Below, in pieces: positions 28,950-46,450 of a stretch of DNA of 64,000 nt. The notes under the pieces are model-generated. The model did not search any database. It saw only the letters and a list, made by a program, of their open reading frames with translations, and was not told the DNA's origin. Origin of the DNA: the human T2T-CHM13v2.0 reference genome, Homo sapiens; NCBI RefSeq assembly GCF_009914755.1, contig NC_060925.1. The stretch is one strand, 5' to 3'. The first letter of the stretch is position 1, and the number at the start of each line of letters is the position of its first letter. Both the position numbers and the translations under genes were made by a program.

Positions 28950-29061
28950 GATATCTTTGACAGGATCACCTACTGCAGCAAGGGCTGCCAACAAAGTAGG
29001 GGGAAAAAACCCAGACTAGAACTTCACAGAAGCTGAAAGAACAGTGTTTCAAGGAGAAAAG

Positions 29062-29342
29062 GGGCAGGGTGCAGTGACTCATGCCTGCAATCCCAGCACT
29101 TTTGGAGGCTGAGGTGGGAGGATCACTTGAGGCCAGAAGTTTAAGAACAGCCTGGGCAACATAGTGAGACCCGGTAGCTACAAAAAAAATTTTTTTTAAT
29201 TCGTTGGGCATAGTGGTGCACTCCTGTAGTCCCAGCTACTCAGGAGACTGAGGTGGAGGATCTCTTAAGCCCAGGAGTTTGAGGTTACAATGAGCTATGA
29301 TTGCACCACTGCTCTCCAGCCTGGGTGACAGAGCAGACCCTC
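29062..29342 (+). mobile_element. AluJ-like element followed by (CT)n/poly-T
   Basis: Diverged dimer. Confidence 0.88.
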
Positions 29343-29908
29343 TCTCTCTCTCTCTGTGTCTCTCTCTCTTTTTTTTTTTTTTTTAAAGGAGTAAAGGATC
29401 CTCTGCATTTAGAGCTACTGTGAAGCTAAGCAAGACAGGGGCAGAAAAATGTCCCTTGGCTCTGGCATGATAGAGACTTTTGGTGATCTGGGTAACTAGT
29501 CATTTCAATGGAGCAGTAGTGGAAACCAGGTGGCGAAGGGTGAATGCAGCTCTTTCTGGTCAAGATGCTGCGATTTTGTGTGTTAAACTCTCTCATCTGC
29601 TCCAGCTCACATCAGGATAGATAGAAGTGGCAGACAGGGCTCACCACGTCTTCCACAGCATAAACTTGTTGCTCTCAGTGGAGTTGTGTGGTTAATTATT
29701 TCCAATGGACTTGAGTAGAAGAAGTCAGCTACCAGGGAGGTTGGAAATGGCAGAGCAACAAGATGGAAAGAGCTAGGTCTTCCTTGAATGGCTGCTTGCA
29801 GGCAATTATCATTCTAGTGAGACTTGTACTTCCATTATGCTTCAGACAAATATTTTTTCATGTTTCTTTGCTAATAAAGTTAACTAGGACACAGAGCATT
29901 AAAGCAAT

Positions 29909-30364
29909 TGTCTTCATCTGTTTTGTGTTGCTGTAACAGAATACCTGAGACTGGGTAATTTTGTAAAGAGAAGAGGTTTATTTGGCTCATGTTTCTGCAG
30001 ACTGGGAAATTCAAGGGCATGGCCTGGCTTCTGGTGAAACTTTCAGTTTGCATCAGAACATGGTGGAGAAAGTCAAAGGGGAAGCATGCAAAGAACACAT
30101 GCAAAGAAACACAACCTGAGGGGCATCGTGGCTTTACAACAACCCACTCTTGCAGGAACTAATCAATTTCTGCTGGAACCAATCCAGTCTCGCCAGAGCA
30201 AGAACTTGCTAGCATGAGAATGGCACCAAGTCATTCATGAGGGATCTGCCCCCATGACCCAAATACCCCTCACTAGGCTCCACCCTCCAATACCACCACA
30301 TCAGGGGAGCGAATTTCAACATGAGTTTTGGTGGGGACAAATAAATCATATCCAAACCACAGCA
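29909..30364 (-). mobile_element. MST-family MaLR solo LTR
   Basis: TG..CA ends with 5-bp TSD GCAAT (29904-29908, 30365-30369). Confidence 0.88.
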
Positions 30365-31048
30365 GCAATATTACAAATATATAAATGATGACCCAAATAT
30401 GATACATAAAAAATGCCTTTGTGATCTCAAACACACAGAGGTAGGTGGAACTAAGCCTGTGGACTCTAGGATCCAGGCTCTGAATCTGTCATTTAGCAGA
30501 AGTAGCCTGGAGTTCAATTCTTCAAATAACTGGAAGCTGTGATGTCTCTGGAGTGACCTGTCCTGCATCAAGCTGTGTCTTGGAGGTAGCACAGGGACCT
30601 GAGACAACATAGAGTGAACTGCTGGCTCAAGCCCCCTGTTACACTGGGTCTGCAATACTGCCAAAAACAAGAGAGCCTACATATAAGCCTTGTTTTGAAC
30701 CAGAGAGCCTGCTGCTTTGGGTGAATGCAGTTAAGAATAAGCAGACGTGAGAACAGGTGGAGAAACACTCTCTCTCTCTCTCTCTCTTGCCCTCTCCCTC
30801 TCTCCTACTGAAGATGAGTCTGTATATTAAAATTCTAAAGCACAACAAACAAATATAATGAAAAGTAGCCAACAAACTGAACAAGTAGGAAAATTAATTC
30901 TTGAAGCACTTCAAATAATAGAGCAAAGCCTGAATTGAACTTAAATGAAGTATATTTGATTCCTCAGAGATAAAGGTGGTAATAACACCTATAAAGCAAG
31001 CATAAGAAATCATGAGCCAAAAAACAAGAGTCAAAAAGGCATGGGAAG

Positions 31049-31183
31049 TTGGGTGTGGTGGCAGACACCTGCGGTCCCAGCTACTCAGGAGGCTGAGGTG
31101 GGAGGGTCACTTGAGCACAGGAGTTGGAGTCCACCCTGGGCAACATAGTAAGACCCCATCTATAAAGAAAAAAAGGAAAAAAA
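31049..31183 (+). mobile_element. FLAM-like Alu monomer
   Basis: Single arm; TSD AAAAAGGCATGGGA. Confidence 0.85.
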
Positions 31184-31799
31184 AGGCATGGGAGCTCTGA
31201 TTCCTCTGCCTGAGAGCACAGTGACCCCTGGCCCACTTGACCCTGATTTCTTGCTTCCATTGGTCTCTGCCTCTCCATCAGCAGAAGTGAAGAGGGAAGC
31301 CCAGAGTCCTGTACGCCCCTGGTAAGATCCCCACTCCCCTCTCCTCCTGCCCTCTCCACAGTTCTCATCTTCCCATTGCCAGCTCTGAAGCTCGCTATGC
31401 CTTTTATCCCCAGTGATCTTGATCCCCATGAAAAAGCCAGAGTCACACAGACTTCCTTTCTCCTCATCAGCAAGACAAATCCTCACTCTCTGTTCTCCTC
31501 CTCTGGGGTATTCTTTTCCACAGCACTTACCATTAACTGATGCACTCTATGTTTTAGTTAAATATTTTACTGAATTACTCATTTTATGTCAGGAGAACAT
31601 ATGCGTGTGTATTTTATTACTGCTGAGACCCCAGAACACAGAATAGTGTTTGGCATTTTGTAGATACATAATAAATATTGTTGAATGAATGAATCACAGA
31701 GATTTAAAAAATAATAATAATGAAGAACTCCTGTCCTAACTCCCAGATCCCAAATCCTGAATCCCGTGTCCCAAATCCCAATGATACACTACAGATAGG

Positions 31800-32480
31800 A
31801 CAAATAGGGTTATTGAAATAATAATAAAAACATAGACTGGGTAAATCCATGGTGAAACTGCCTACAATTGAAGACAGAATTTATGAATTAGATTATACTA
31901 CCAAGAAAATGACCCAGAACACAGCTCATAGACAATAACATTGAGAAGACAGGTTGATAGGCTCCACTATATGCTTAATAGGGGTTACAGAAGTAGAGAA
32001 TAGCAGAGAATCAATAGTTAGAAGAATTTCACTGAACTGTGAAAGATGTGAACCTTTAAACCCTCAACCTGAAAATGCACACCAGGCATCTAGCAAGATA
32101 AATACAAATGAACCCATCTCTACACATGGAGAAACATTATAGCAGAACCGCAGAGTGTCAGGGATAGAGAGAAAAATCTAAGAAGCTACCAGGGAGAAAA
32201 GACAGGTTATTGTAAAAAGAATGTCAGGCTGCCCGTCGACTTCCATGAGCAACAAAGAGTACCAGAAATCAGTGCTGGGATAAAATAACTCATCAAAATA
32301 TTAGGTCAAATAGCTGTGATTGGGAAATCTATATACAATTAAACCCTCTTTCAAGAATGGGGAATCTAACGAAGACATTTTCAGACATACACAGGCTTAG
32401 AGTTTATCACTCACAGCACTTTTCTGGAAGAATTGCTAATGAATCTATTTTCACAAGAAGCAAAGTAAGCCTGGAGTTAG
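31800..32480 (+). mobile_element. Old L1M/HAL1 ORF1 fragment
   Basis: ORF 31954-32142 (STICLIGVTE..ENAHQ) resembles L1 ORF1p NIRLIGVPE..ERAHR. Confidence 0.7.
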
Positions 32481-32782
32481 GAGTGGAGCATATCAACGAC
32501 TGGTAAACAACCATATCAGTGAAATGCGTTGGTAAAACTAATGAACTATTGATCATTCCTATTAAGAATAATTATTATTTTGTCTTAAGGCAAGAGTGGA
32601 GTGAGGAAGTGGTGATCACTTGCCAACGTAACTTTTTGAACAATTATCATGGCTGTTCCTAATGCTTCAGTGTTTCATGATCTTCCATCCTTTCATTCAC
32701 CAGCCAGCAGGTATTCAGGGAGCATTGGTTCTGCAGATTCCATCCTAGACCCTGGGTACAGCCCAGAAGTCCACTGACACAT

Positions 32783-32927
32783 CCTCCCTCCCTCCCTCCC
32801 TCCCTCCCTCTCTTCCTCCTTTTTTCTTCTTTTCCTCCTTCCCTCCCTTCCTTCCTTCCTTTCTTCCTTTCTTCCTTCCTTCCTTCCTCCCTCCCTCCCT
32901 CCCACTCCCCCTTCCTTTCTTCCTTCC
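32783..32927. repeat. Polypyrimidine (CCCT/CCTT)n tract
   Basis: Seen directly in the sequence. Confidence 0.92.
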
Positions 32928-33199
32928 CAGGATTCTCATGCTCAATGGGATTCTCTCTGCCCTCTGCCCCTCTGCCAGGTGGATGAGAGGGTGGGAGGGC
33001 CCCGCAGGTCAGGTGTCAGTCTAGCTGTCTCCTCTTCCTTACAAAACAGGTCTCATCTGGGAAACATTAGTGAGGAGAGTTCACAGTGAAAACACAAGAA
33101 ATTCCATTTTCTACTATCACCTTTACATCTCACAGCTTAGATCACCCGGGAGAAGGAGATTCTGTATTCTACAAATATAAAAGCGTGAGAAAGGATGGT

Positions 33200-33443
33200 G
33201 CTGGGTGTGGCGGCCCCACACCTGTAATCCCAACACTTTGGGAGGCCACAGTGGGCAAATCACTTGAGCCCGGGAGTTCAAAACCAGCCCTGACATCATA
33301 GCGAGTCCCCGTCTCTACAGGAAATTTAAAAATTAGCCAGGCATGGTGGCACACCTTGTAGTCCTAGCTACGTGGGAGGCTGAGATGGGAGAATAGCTTG
33401 AGCTTGGGAGGTCGAGGCTGCAGTGAGCCATGGTTGCACCATT
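33200..33443 (+). mobile_element. AluJ-like element, 3'-truncated
   Basis: Dimer ending at GCCATGGTTGCACCATT. Confidence 0.88.
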
Positions 33444-34746
33444 CAAGATCTGGGGGCAGAATTCCTTTTAGGGGAGGAAATATTATTCAGCAAACATGTA
33501 AGAAACCATTTGGCCTTTTGGAATGTTAGCCCTCAGAATATGGCTGGATAGGTCAAAAGGGAGTTGCAGAGACATGTCTCTGAGAGCTCATGGGGGTATT
33601 TAGGAAGGAGAGAGAAGGAAGTCTAGCGAGAAAGAAGGGGCTCAGAAAAATGGCAGAATGCTGGAGGCCAAATCAAAAAGATCATCAATGGTGGGAGGAG
33701 CCGAGAGCTCTGCAGAGCCGGTGAGTCTAATATTCTAACCCAGATGATCTGCCAAACTGCGTTACAGGGTGAACTTCTGTCCTAACTCTTGAATTCCTAG
33801 CAAACTGTACTGTGCACAGTTATCTTATGTAAATGGTGTTTGTTACACATCAAGAAAAAGGGCTGTCTTTGTTCTCTGCCTTCTTTATAGAGCCCTCCGT
33901 ATTTGACCTTCCTGGTTAGGAGAGAGGAAAGTCGAGGTACTTTGATCTGTATCAGGCACGCCCTTCTCTCATCCCATATTAATTTTTCCCACATCAGTTT
34001 TAAGAGCTTTGTGCTTATAGGAGGAAAGGCATATTCATTCAAATTGTCATTTTTTCAATATCACTTGCTCAGGAAGAGTTAAAGCTCCGTCAGTGAGTAG
34101 AAAATTATTAAGTTTTCTGATCTCCTAGTAGGATTGGCTAAAGAACTCCAGAGAGTGAGAAGGGCTTGGAATTTAGTCATGATTTTTTTCCATCAGGAAA
34201 AAGCCAGTTAGATACGAGGAGGGAGAGGGAAGCCGCTTGGTTCAAAGGAATTAAAATGAGAAATGAAGTTTCAGCTGAGTGTAATGAGGCTGCTGCTGAG
34301 GCTGGCCTCAGGGTGAGGCTGACTTGGCATTACATGGAGAATACCCAGGCAAGAGGGTCCGCAGCAGACTAGGGATGGAGGGTGCTGAACTCAATGGGGT
34401 CCCCAACACTAGGGACATCAAAAGCAGACTACAAAAGATGAGGGAGCTTGGTGTTCATTGGACAATAAATAACAAGAGAGGAGGAAACTACAAAAACTAA
34501 TCTAGTTGTTAATTCTGTGTGGAATGCATCAATGCTGAAAAGATCCTTGCGGAGGGAGCAGGCGGGATGGTGATCAATGAGTAAATTAGGAAGGTTTTAC
34601 TCAGGGGTTGCATCATGGTTCAAGCACTGAAACTCCCAGTGCTCTCTCTAGACCGTATTGGATTGGAGTGGAAAGTGGGGAAAGTGCTAGTGAGATTACA
34701 TGCTTTGAGAATGTGAGAATGTGGAACCAAGGTGGGATAGAGCTGC

Positions 34747-35034
<288 letters not shown>

Positions 35035-35472
35035 TATGTTGAAAGCCTTACTGTGTGGGGGGTCCTCTGAGGATGGGGTACACTGCCTTAAGTTCCTGGG
35101 AAGGGCAAAGGAAGCATGCCCCAATGCTTCTAAAGTCCTTCCCTCTGGGATTCCTGGCAGCCATGGAGTCAGGGACAATGACAAGAGGGGAGGAGAAGCC
35201 TGGCCGGGACCACCAATTTGTAGTACAGGGCAGGATAGATTCCACAATCATTAGGTGCAAGAAAATGTACCTAGCTTTATTATTAAAAATTAGATTGAGA
35301 TTTAGCTCTAAATCTCACTTAGCATAATTTTGAGTAATTTAATCTCAATCATGTTCTGGGGGATGGAGGTGTCGGAGTCGAGGTGAGGGGAGGAAGGGCT
35401 ACCATCTCATAAAATCACTTAAGAGTTCTTGGGGGTTAAGACATACACATTTCAGAAAATTTGAAGGGGGAC

Positions 35473-35935
35473 TGTATTAGTGTCCTGTGGCTGCTATAGC
35501 AAATTAATACCAGCTTGGTGGCTTAAGACAGCAAATATGTATTCTCTCACTGTCCTTGTGGCCAGAAGTCATACATCAAGGTGTCAGCAGGACTCCACTC
35601 TCTCCGAAGCCTCTAGGGCAGACTTCTTCCTTGCATCTTCTAGCTTCTGATGGTTGTTGGCATTCCTTGACATTCCTTGGCTTGTATCCTTCCGGTCTCT
35701 TTCTTCATATTCACCTTCTCTGTGTCTACTTTTTTTCTGTCTGTCTTCTCTTCTTTTCTCTTATGAGGATACTTGCGATGGAATTTAGGGCTCACCAAGA
35801 GAATCTACATTTATCCCTCATCTCAAGGTCCTCAACCACATCGGCAAAGACCCTTTTTTCCAATAAGGTATCATGCAAAAGTTCCAGGGGGCTGACGTGG
35901 ATGTCTCTCGGGAACCCATATTTTGGGCTCCCACA
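35473..35935 (-). mobile_element. MLT1C/D-like MaLR LTR
   Basis: TGTATTAGTGTCCTGTGGCTGCTATAGCAAATT..GGCAAAGACCCTTTTTTCCAATAAGGT. Confidence 0.8.
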
Positions 35936-36420
35936 AGGACCTTCTGGTTTTAGTCTGCTTTTGCACTGCTGAGATGCAGCCTTTTCCCAAAGCATATGGT
36001 CCTTTTCAAAGCTAGGCCACAGAGGTCTTTTAAGGAGGATTCCAATCTTGGCATTTAGTATCCTATTGCTCTAGATCTCTGTTATTTAAGAAAACTCCAT
36101 TCCCTCTCGGCCTCTTGATTCCCAAAGAAGATCTTTCTGTGGGGCCTGGATGTCTTCATGCAAGCCGATGCTCCATTCTCCATCCACTTTAATCCTCCCA
36201 AAGGACTAGATTCCCAAACAGAGAGACTCTTGTCTGGCCATGGAGGCACAACCTAGAGGGCTTGTGTGGGTTACTGGGGTCAGCCAAGAAGGATGTAAGC
36301 TAAGAGGATGATAGAGAAAGACTGGGCTGCAGAAAGTCTAACACATACAGCAGTAACGTGTTGGCTTATTGATCCTTGAAGGTGCTGGAACACAAGCCAG
36401 CATTGCCAGTAATTACTCAG

Positions 36421-36772
36421 TGCTATGGTTTAAATGTTGTGGGCTTCAAAACTCATGTTTGAAATTTAATCCCCAATGTGGCAGTATTGAGAGTTGGCGC
36501 CATTAGCACGTGACTGGGTTCTGAGGGACCTGCCCTCATGAGTGGATTAATCCATTCATGGATTGATGGGTTAATGGATTAGTGCATTATCACAGGAGGG
36601 AATCTGTGGTTTTATAAGAACAGGAAGAGAGGCCTGAGCTAGGTCTGAGCTAGTACACTCAGCCCCCTAACTATATGACACCCTGTGCCACTTTGGGACC
36701 CTGTAGAGAGTCCCCATCAGCAAGAAGGCCCCTACCATTTGTGGCGTCTTGACCTTGGACTTCCCATCCTCC
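36421..36772 (+). mobile_element. MST(D)-like MaLR LTR, 3' end missing
   Basis: Starts TGCTATGGTTT; contains GGATTAATCCATTCATGG and AGAGAGTCCCCATCAGCAAGAAGGCCC. Confidence 0.85.
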
Positions 36773-37110
36773 AAGAAATTTATTCCTTACAGTTATGGAG
36801 GCTGAGAAGTCCAAAGTCGAGTGGCCACATATGTGAGAGCCTTCTTGCTGGTGGGGACTCTCTGCAGCATCCCTAGGTGGTGCAGGGTGTCACATGGTGA
36901 GGGGACTGAGTGTGCTAGTGTGCTAACTCAGGTCTCTCTTCCTCTTCTTACTAAAGCCACTAGTCTCACTCCCATGATAACCATTAACCCATTAACCCAT
37001 TAATTCATGCATAGATCAATCCATCTAATGAGGGCAGAGCCCTCATGACTCAATCACCTTTTAAAGGCCCTCCCTCTCAATATTGCTGCATTGGGGATGA
37101 AACCATAGCA
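36773..37110 (-). mobile_element. Second MST(D)-like LTR, inverted, 3' end missing
   Basis: GCCTTCTTGCTGGTGGGGACTCTCT; ends AAACCATAGCA, the reverse complement of the start of the first copy. Confidence 0.85.
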
Positions 37111-37124
37111 AACTTATGTGAGTT

Positions 37125-37287
37125 TTATATTTTATTTTGTTTGGTTTTGGTTTTGGTCTTGCTCCGTTGCCCAGGCTGGAGTGCAGTAGTGTGATCATAG
37201 CCCACTGCAGCCTCATACTCCTGGGCTCAGGTGATCCTCCTGCCTCTGCCACCATGCCCAGCTAATTTTTAAAAAATATTTTATAGA
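37125..37287 (-). mobile_element. AluJ-like right-arm fragment
   Basis: T-rich tail then TGCCCAGGCTGGAGTGCAG..CCCAGCTAATTTTT. Confidence 0.8.
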
Positions 37288-37590
37288 GGCCAGGCGCAGT
37301 GGCTCATGCCTGTAATCCCAGCACTTTGGGAGGCCGAGGTGAGTGGATCACCTGAGGTCAGGAGATCGAGAGCAGCCTGGCCAGCATGGTGAAACCCTGT
37401 CTCTACTAAAAATATAAAAATTAGCCAGATTTGGTGGCACATGCCTGTAATCCCAGCTACTTGGGAGGCTGAGGCAAGACAATTAATTGAACCCGGGAGG
37501 CAGGGTTGCAGTGAGCCAAGATTACACCACTGCACTCCAAACTGGGCAACAGAGTGAGACTCCATCTCAAAAAAAAAAAAAAAAAAAAAA
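37288..37590 (+). mobile_element. AluS-like element
   Basis: Full dimer with poly-A. Confidence 0.95.
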
Positions 37591-37724
37591 GAACTTACAT
37601 TGACTATCAGTAGTGGTTTACCCTTGCTCAGAGGTGGAAAGGTGGTTATTTTTATTTTTCTTCTTTCTCTATTTTCCACATTTTCTAAAATAGACATATA
37701 TATTTCTAAACATTTCTAAAGTAA

Positions 37725-38015
37725 TTTTTTTTTTTTGATACGGAGTCTCACTGTTGCCCAGGCCAAAGTGCGGTGGCGTGATCTTGTCTCACTGCATCCT
37801 CCGCCTCCCGGGCTCAAGTGACTCTCCTGCCTTAGCCTCCTGAGTAGCTGGTATTACAGGCGCCTGTCACTACGCCCGGTTAATTTTTGTATTTTTAGTG
37901 GAGACAGGGTTTCACCATGTTGGCCAGGCTGCTCTCAAACTCATGACCTCAGGTGTATCACTTGCCTTGACCTCCTAAAGTGCTGGGATTACAGGCATGA
38001 GCCACCATGCCTAGC
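37725..38015 (-). mobile_element. AluS-like element
   Basis: Antisense dimer. Confidence 0.93.
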
Positions 38016-38169
38016 CTATAATAGCAAAGAAGACAATTAAGCTGCTGTCTTCTCTGGGGTGGTTCCCATTCCCTCTCAGGTGCTATAAAGGTGGAGTGAT
38101 TTGGGTAAACCCACTTCCTGGGTTTAGATGTTGACTGCTCAAGTTGCACAGAGTCATGCGTGACTCCGT

Positions 38170-38960
38170 GAGTTCCGACTGAATCTTCTCTCACCCCTCA
38201 CTTCCAATCCATTTGCAAATCCTGTTGTCTCTACATTAAAAAATATTATTAATCCAATCTCTTCTTACCTTTCTACTGCTAGTAATTTAGGCATGGCTTA
38301 AAATTTTTTCTTTTTACAGAGATGGGGCCTTGCTATGTTGCTCGGACTCGTCTTGAACTCCTGGCCTCAAGCAATCTTCCTATCTCAGATATCATTTTTT
38401 TAAAATGAGGCCCTTCGTATGAATGTATATTTGCCAAAGTCAGAAAGAACTTACCCCGCACAACAGTCTCCTAACTGGTCTGTCTGCTTCTCCCCTCGCC
38501 TTCTGATTTCATTACCCTTGGAAATCAGCTTATTTCACTCTCATGCTCAAAGCTCTCCAATGGTCTTCACCAAGATCAACCAGGCCCTGCATACTCTGGC
38601 CAGCTCCCGTGTCCACTTGAACTTGATCTCCTCCTCATTGTCTCCTGCCCCCAGCACTCTGGCCTCCTTGTTCTTCCTCAGAAGCCCCAAGGATGCTCCT
38701 GTCTTTGCACTGCCTTTTTCTGCCTAGAAACATTTTCCTCCAGCTACCCACATGGCTCTGCCTCTTTTATCCTTTAGGGTTATATGTGCTCCTATGTCAT
38801 CTTATAGAGGAAGTTGTCCCTTACCACCCCATACCAAACAGGACCTCCAATCTCTGTCTTTTTACTTTGCTCTTATTTTCTTCAGAACACTTCTCTCTTC
38901 TGTGCCTAGAACAGTGCTTGGCACATGGCACCCAATACAATCTTGTTGATTGACTAAATG
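38170..38960 (+). mobile_element. L2 3' fragment (with an Alu scrap at ~38300-38395)
   Basis: CCAATCCATTTGCAAATCCTG..GTGCCTAGAACAGTGCTTGGCACAT..TGTTGATTGACTAAATGAAT. Confidence 0.7.
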
Positions 38961-39681
38961 AATAGTGTAATTAACATATACTCATTACTAACGCTAAAAT
39001 TGATCCAAGTTATGTTTTGGTTTTCTTCAGAGAAATACCAGAATGTTACTATCTTCTACCAGAGAAAACAGGGAAATGAGGTAGTTACTGAGTCATTCCG
39101 TCCCAGGCATAACTTCTACCTGAATGACCTAGAAAATTGAGATCAAACTATATTTTGACCCAAATATAACAAGAACTGCTTCAATTTCCTCATTTTGTCA
39201 GTGGCAGCCACGCCCTAGTTTGCTGAGATAAATTAGATTTAGCTGAATGCAGTCATGGATTGCTAGCCTACCTAATGATAAGTAAATGAAATTTCTATTT
39301 AATCTCTTTTTAAAATGAGACCTTAGATTTACACTCCTAGTTCTTTATGCACTTCACATACCTCTATGTGCACTCAATTTTTCATCTCTTTGTGCACTTT
39401 GATTTTAAGGCTTAAGTAATCCTGTTTATAGAATAAATGTTTCGTCTAAATATCAGAAGAGCTACTGGTTCTTTGTTTATTTCTTGAATTTGTGCCCTAA
39501 GGCCTAACTCTTTCCAATTGTGAGCATATTTTCCTCAACTGTATTTGAAAAGGGGGATTTTCCTTTCCTTCTGTCACTTTCTCAGTGAGTCACCTCCTGA
39601 GAAGTGGCTACTTCTTTCCACCTCATTCTTTGTTCCTTTAGTCCAAGACAAAAATATAAAATAACACATAAAAAACTAACT

Positions 39682-39998
<317 letters not shown>

Positions 39999-40002
39999 TA
40001 AC

Positions 40003-41441
<1,439 letters not shown>

Positions 41442-41449
41442 ACCTGGAT

Positions 41450-42580
<1,131 letters not shown>

Positions 42581-42929
42581 GAAAATAAACGAACACAAGG
42601 TAGCCTGCCGCTTTAACTCACAGTCAACCCTCTTTGCTTTCATGAGAGCAGTCTGGTTTTTACCCTCCCGTTGTCAACACCCTCTCCTGTCCCTGTTTCC
42701 ATGAAGATTGGTTTCTGTTTAGTATTCCCCACTTCTCTTCCCATCAGCAATCTCGGTACAAAATCACTTGCCATGGTCCGTTTCCCAAAGTCCCAGGTTT
42801 TGTCAGGAATGTTGAGGGTGGGCTTTGGAGCTCTTCATCCCTTCTCATCTTCATCTCAAGTTTTCTTCAATATGTATTCAGAATAAATTGTTTCTGAGAA
42901 TAATTGTATGTCCTTGGGAGAGATGAGAG

Positions 42930-44085
<1,156 letters not shown>

Positions 44086-44213
44086 ATGAAAGTAAAAGAC
44101 GGGCTACGTAAGGACTGATCGTGATTATGTGTCACGAACCGAGGACTATGCCTGGTACAGTGCCTCGCATTTAAGGCCCAAAATTAAACAAAACAAAAAG
44201 CTCAGTTGATAAC

Positions 44214-44584
44214 TATCTTGGTATATTCCTGCTGCTATGACAAAAGACCACAGACTGGGTCATTTATACAAATGTCACAATATAAATTTATTTTTTCACA
44301 ATTCTGGAGGCTGTGAAGTCCAAGATCAAGGTGCCAGCGGGTTTGGTGTCTGGTGAGGGCTTCTTCTCCACTTCCAAGATGGTGTCTCTTGCTGCATCTT
44401 CAGATGGCAAAAGGGGTGACGGGGACTGTGGTGCTTCCTTCAACCTCTTTGACAAGGGCACTAATCCCACTAGTCACGGGGATGACTTAATCACCTCCTA
44501 AAGGCCCCACCTCTTAATACTACTATCACACTGGTGATTACGTTTCAACATAGGAATTTTGGGGGACACATTCAGGCCATAGCA
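44214..44584 (-). mobile_element. MLT1A/MST-like MaLR LTR
   Basis: CTGGAGGCTGTGAAGTCCAAGATCAAGGTGCC..GGGGGACACATTCAGGCCATAGCA. Confidence 0.82.
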
Positions 44585-44944
44585 ATAACTTTTATGGAAA
44601 GAAAGACAAAATGTTTGGCTGATCATGGGACTAAGGAGTTGCATTTGTCCAGACAGAGAGCTGGGGGACACATTCCAAGTGGAGGCTTTTCCTTGGAGTT
44701 TTTCCCTTGGAAGTCGTGGACTCCCCTTTACCCACCTCTGCAGTCCTGTGCCCGCTCCCTTCTCTGTCTCAGCTTCCTGATGCTGGTGGGGGTAGCTCTC
44801 CTGGCCCATTGCCTGTCCTCAGTGCCCGCTGTTCACGTAATCACACATTCCTCATATTTTAATTCATTTCCTTGTAGCCACTTACTTTTAAATTCATTTA
44901 CCATTTTTGTTTTGCCTCAGAAGTTTACTAACTGCTGCAATTAA

Positions 44945-45249
<305 letters not shown>

Positions 45250-45265
45250 TAAGAAGTGAACCACA

Positions 45266-45651
<386 letters not shown>

Positions 45652-46209
45652 TCAATTTCATCCACTGGTAAGACTTGATCGTTTCCATCACCCATTGTTT
45701 CTCCCCTTTGTGCCTTTAGGTAGGAGAATGTCTGATGTAAGCCACAAAATTTTACTCACAAATCGCACATCAGAAGTCTGGAGATTGGCAGTCCCAGAGG
45801 TGGTTCATGTACTGTTTCCACGGCGTCAGGGCCCGCGATCGGCTGCTCTTGGCTTTCCTTTTTCTGGTGCCAGCTCTGTGCAGCTGCAGCACATAGCACC
45901 AAGTCCTCACAAGACAACGTCCAAGCTAGGAGGCGGGGAGAGCTCTCTCCTTCTATCACGGAGGAGTATCTTTCCCCAAGTGTTCTGGATCTCTGTTGAA
46001 TCACATGCCTGCCTCAAAGGAGCAAAGAAGGAATGAAATTTCCGTGATTCATTTAGCTCAACCGTGATTCATTCCTGGGCGCCGGACATAAAGCCAGATG
46101 CGACATGAACACAACTGGCCTTGAAAGAGGTGTAGAATGGCTGTGGGGAAAGCAAACCATGGCCTCTGTCACCCATTTGCTCTCTGGGTACTTCAGAATT
46201 GGCATTCAA

Positions 46210-46450
46210 ATGATAATACCAGTGCTCTATATCTCACAGCACTTCACAGTTTGCAGAGCGTTCATGCACAGTGTTTCATTCGATTCTCACCACCACCATG
46301 TGAGATGCAAGAACAGCTGTTCTTCTCCTTCTTTGGTAGAGAGGGAGACTGAGGACTGCAGGCAGTGAGTGATTCATCCAAGGTTTTGCAGCTTCTCAGA
46401 GCCGGAAATAGAACAAGGGCTTCCGACAAGGACGTCCAATATCTTTTCTA
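46210..46450 (-). mobile_element. MIR
   Basis: CAGCACTTCACAGTTTGCAGAGCG..GAGGGAGACTGAGG. Confidence 0.65.

Noticed and set aside
46042-46073. Short direct repeats CCGTGATTCATT x2 (also CGTAACTCAC x2 at ~23921 and GGAAAGTAGTTT x2 at ~47061)
   Set aside because: Micro-duplications of 10-12 bp are common slippage products with no further support.
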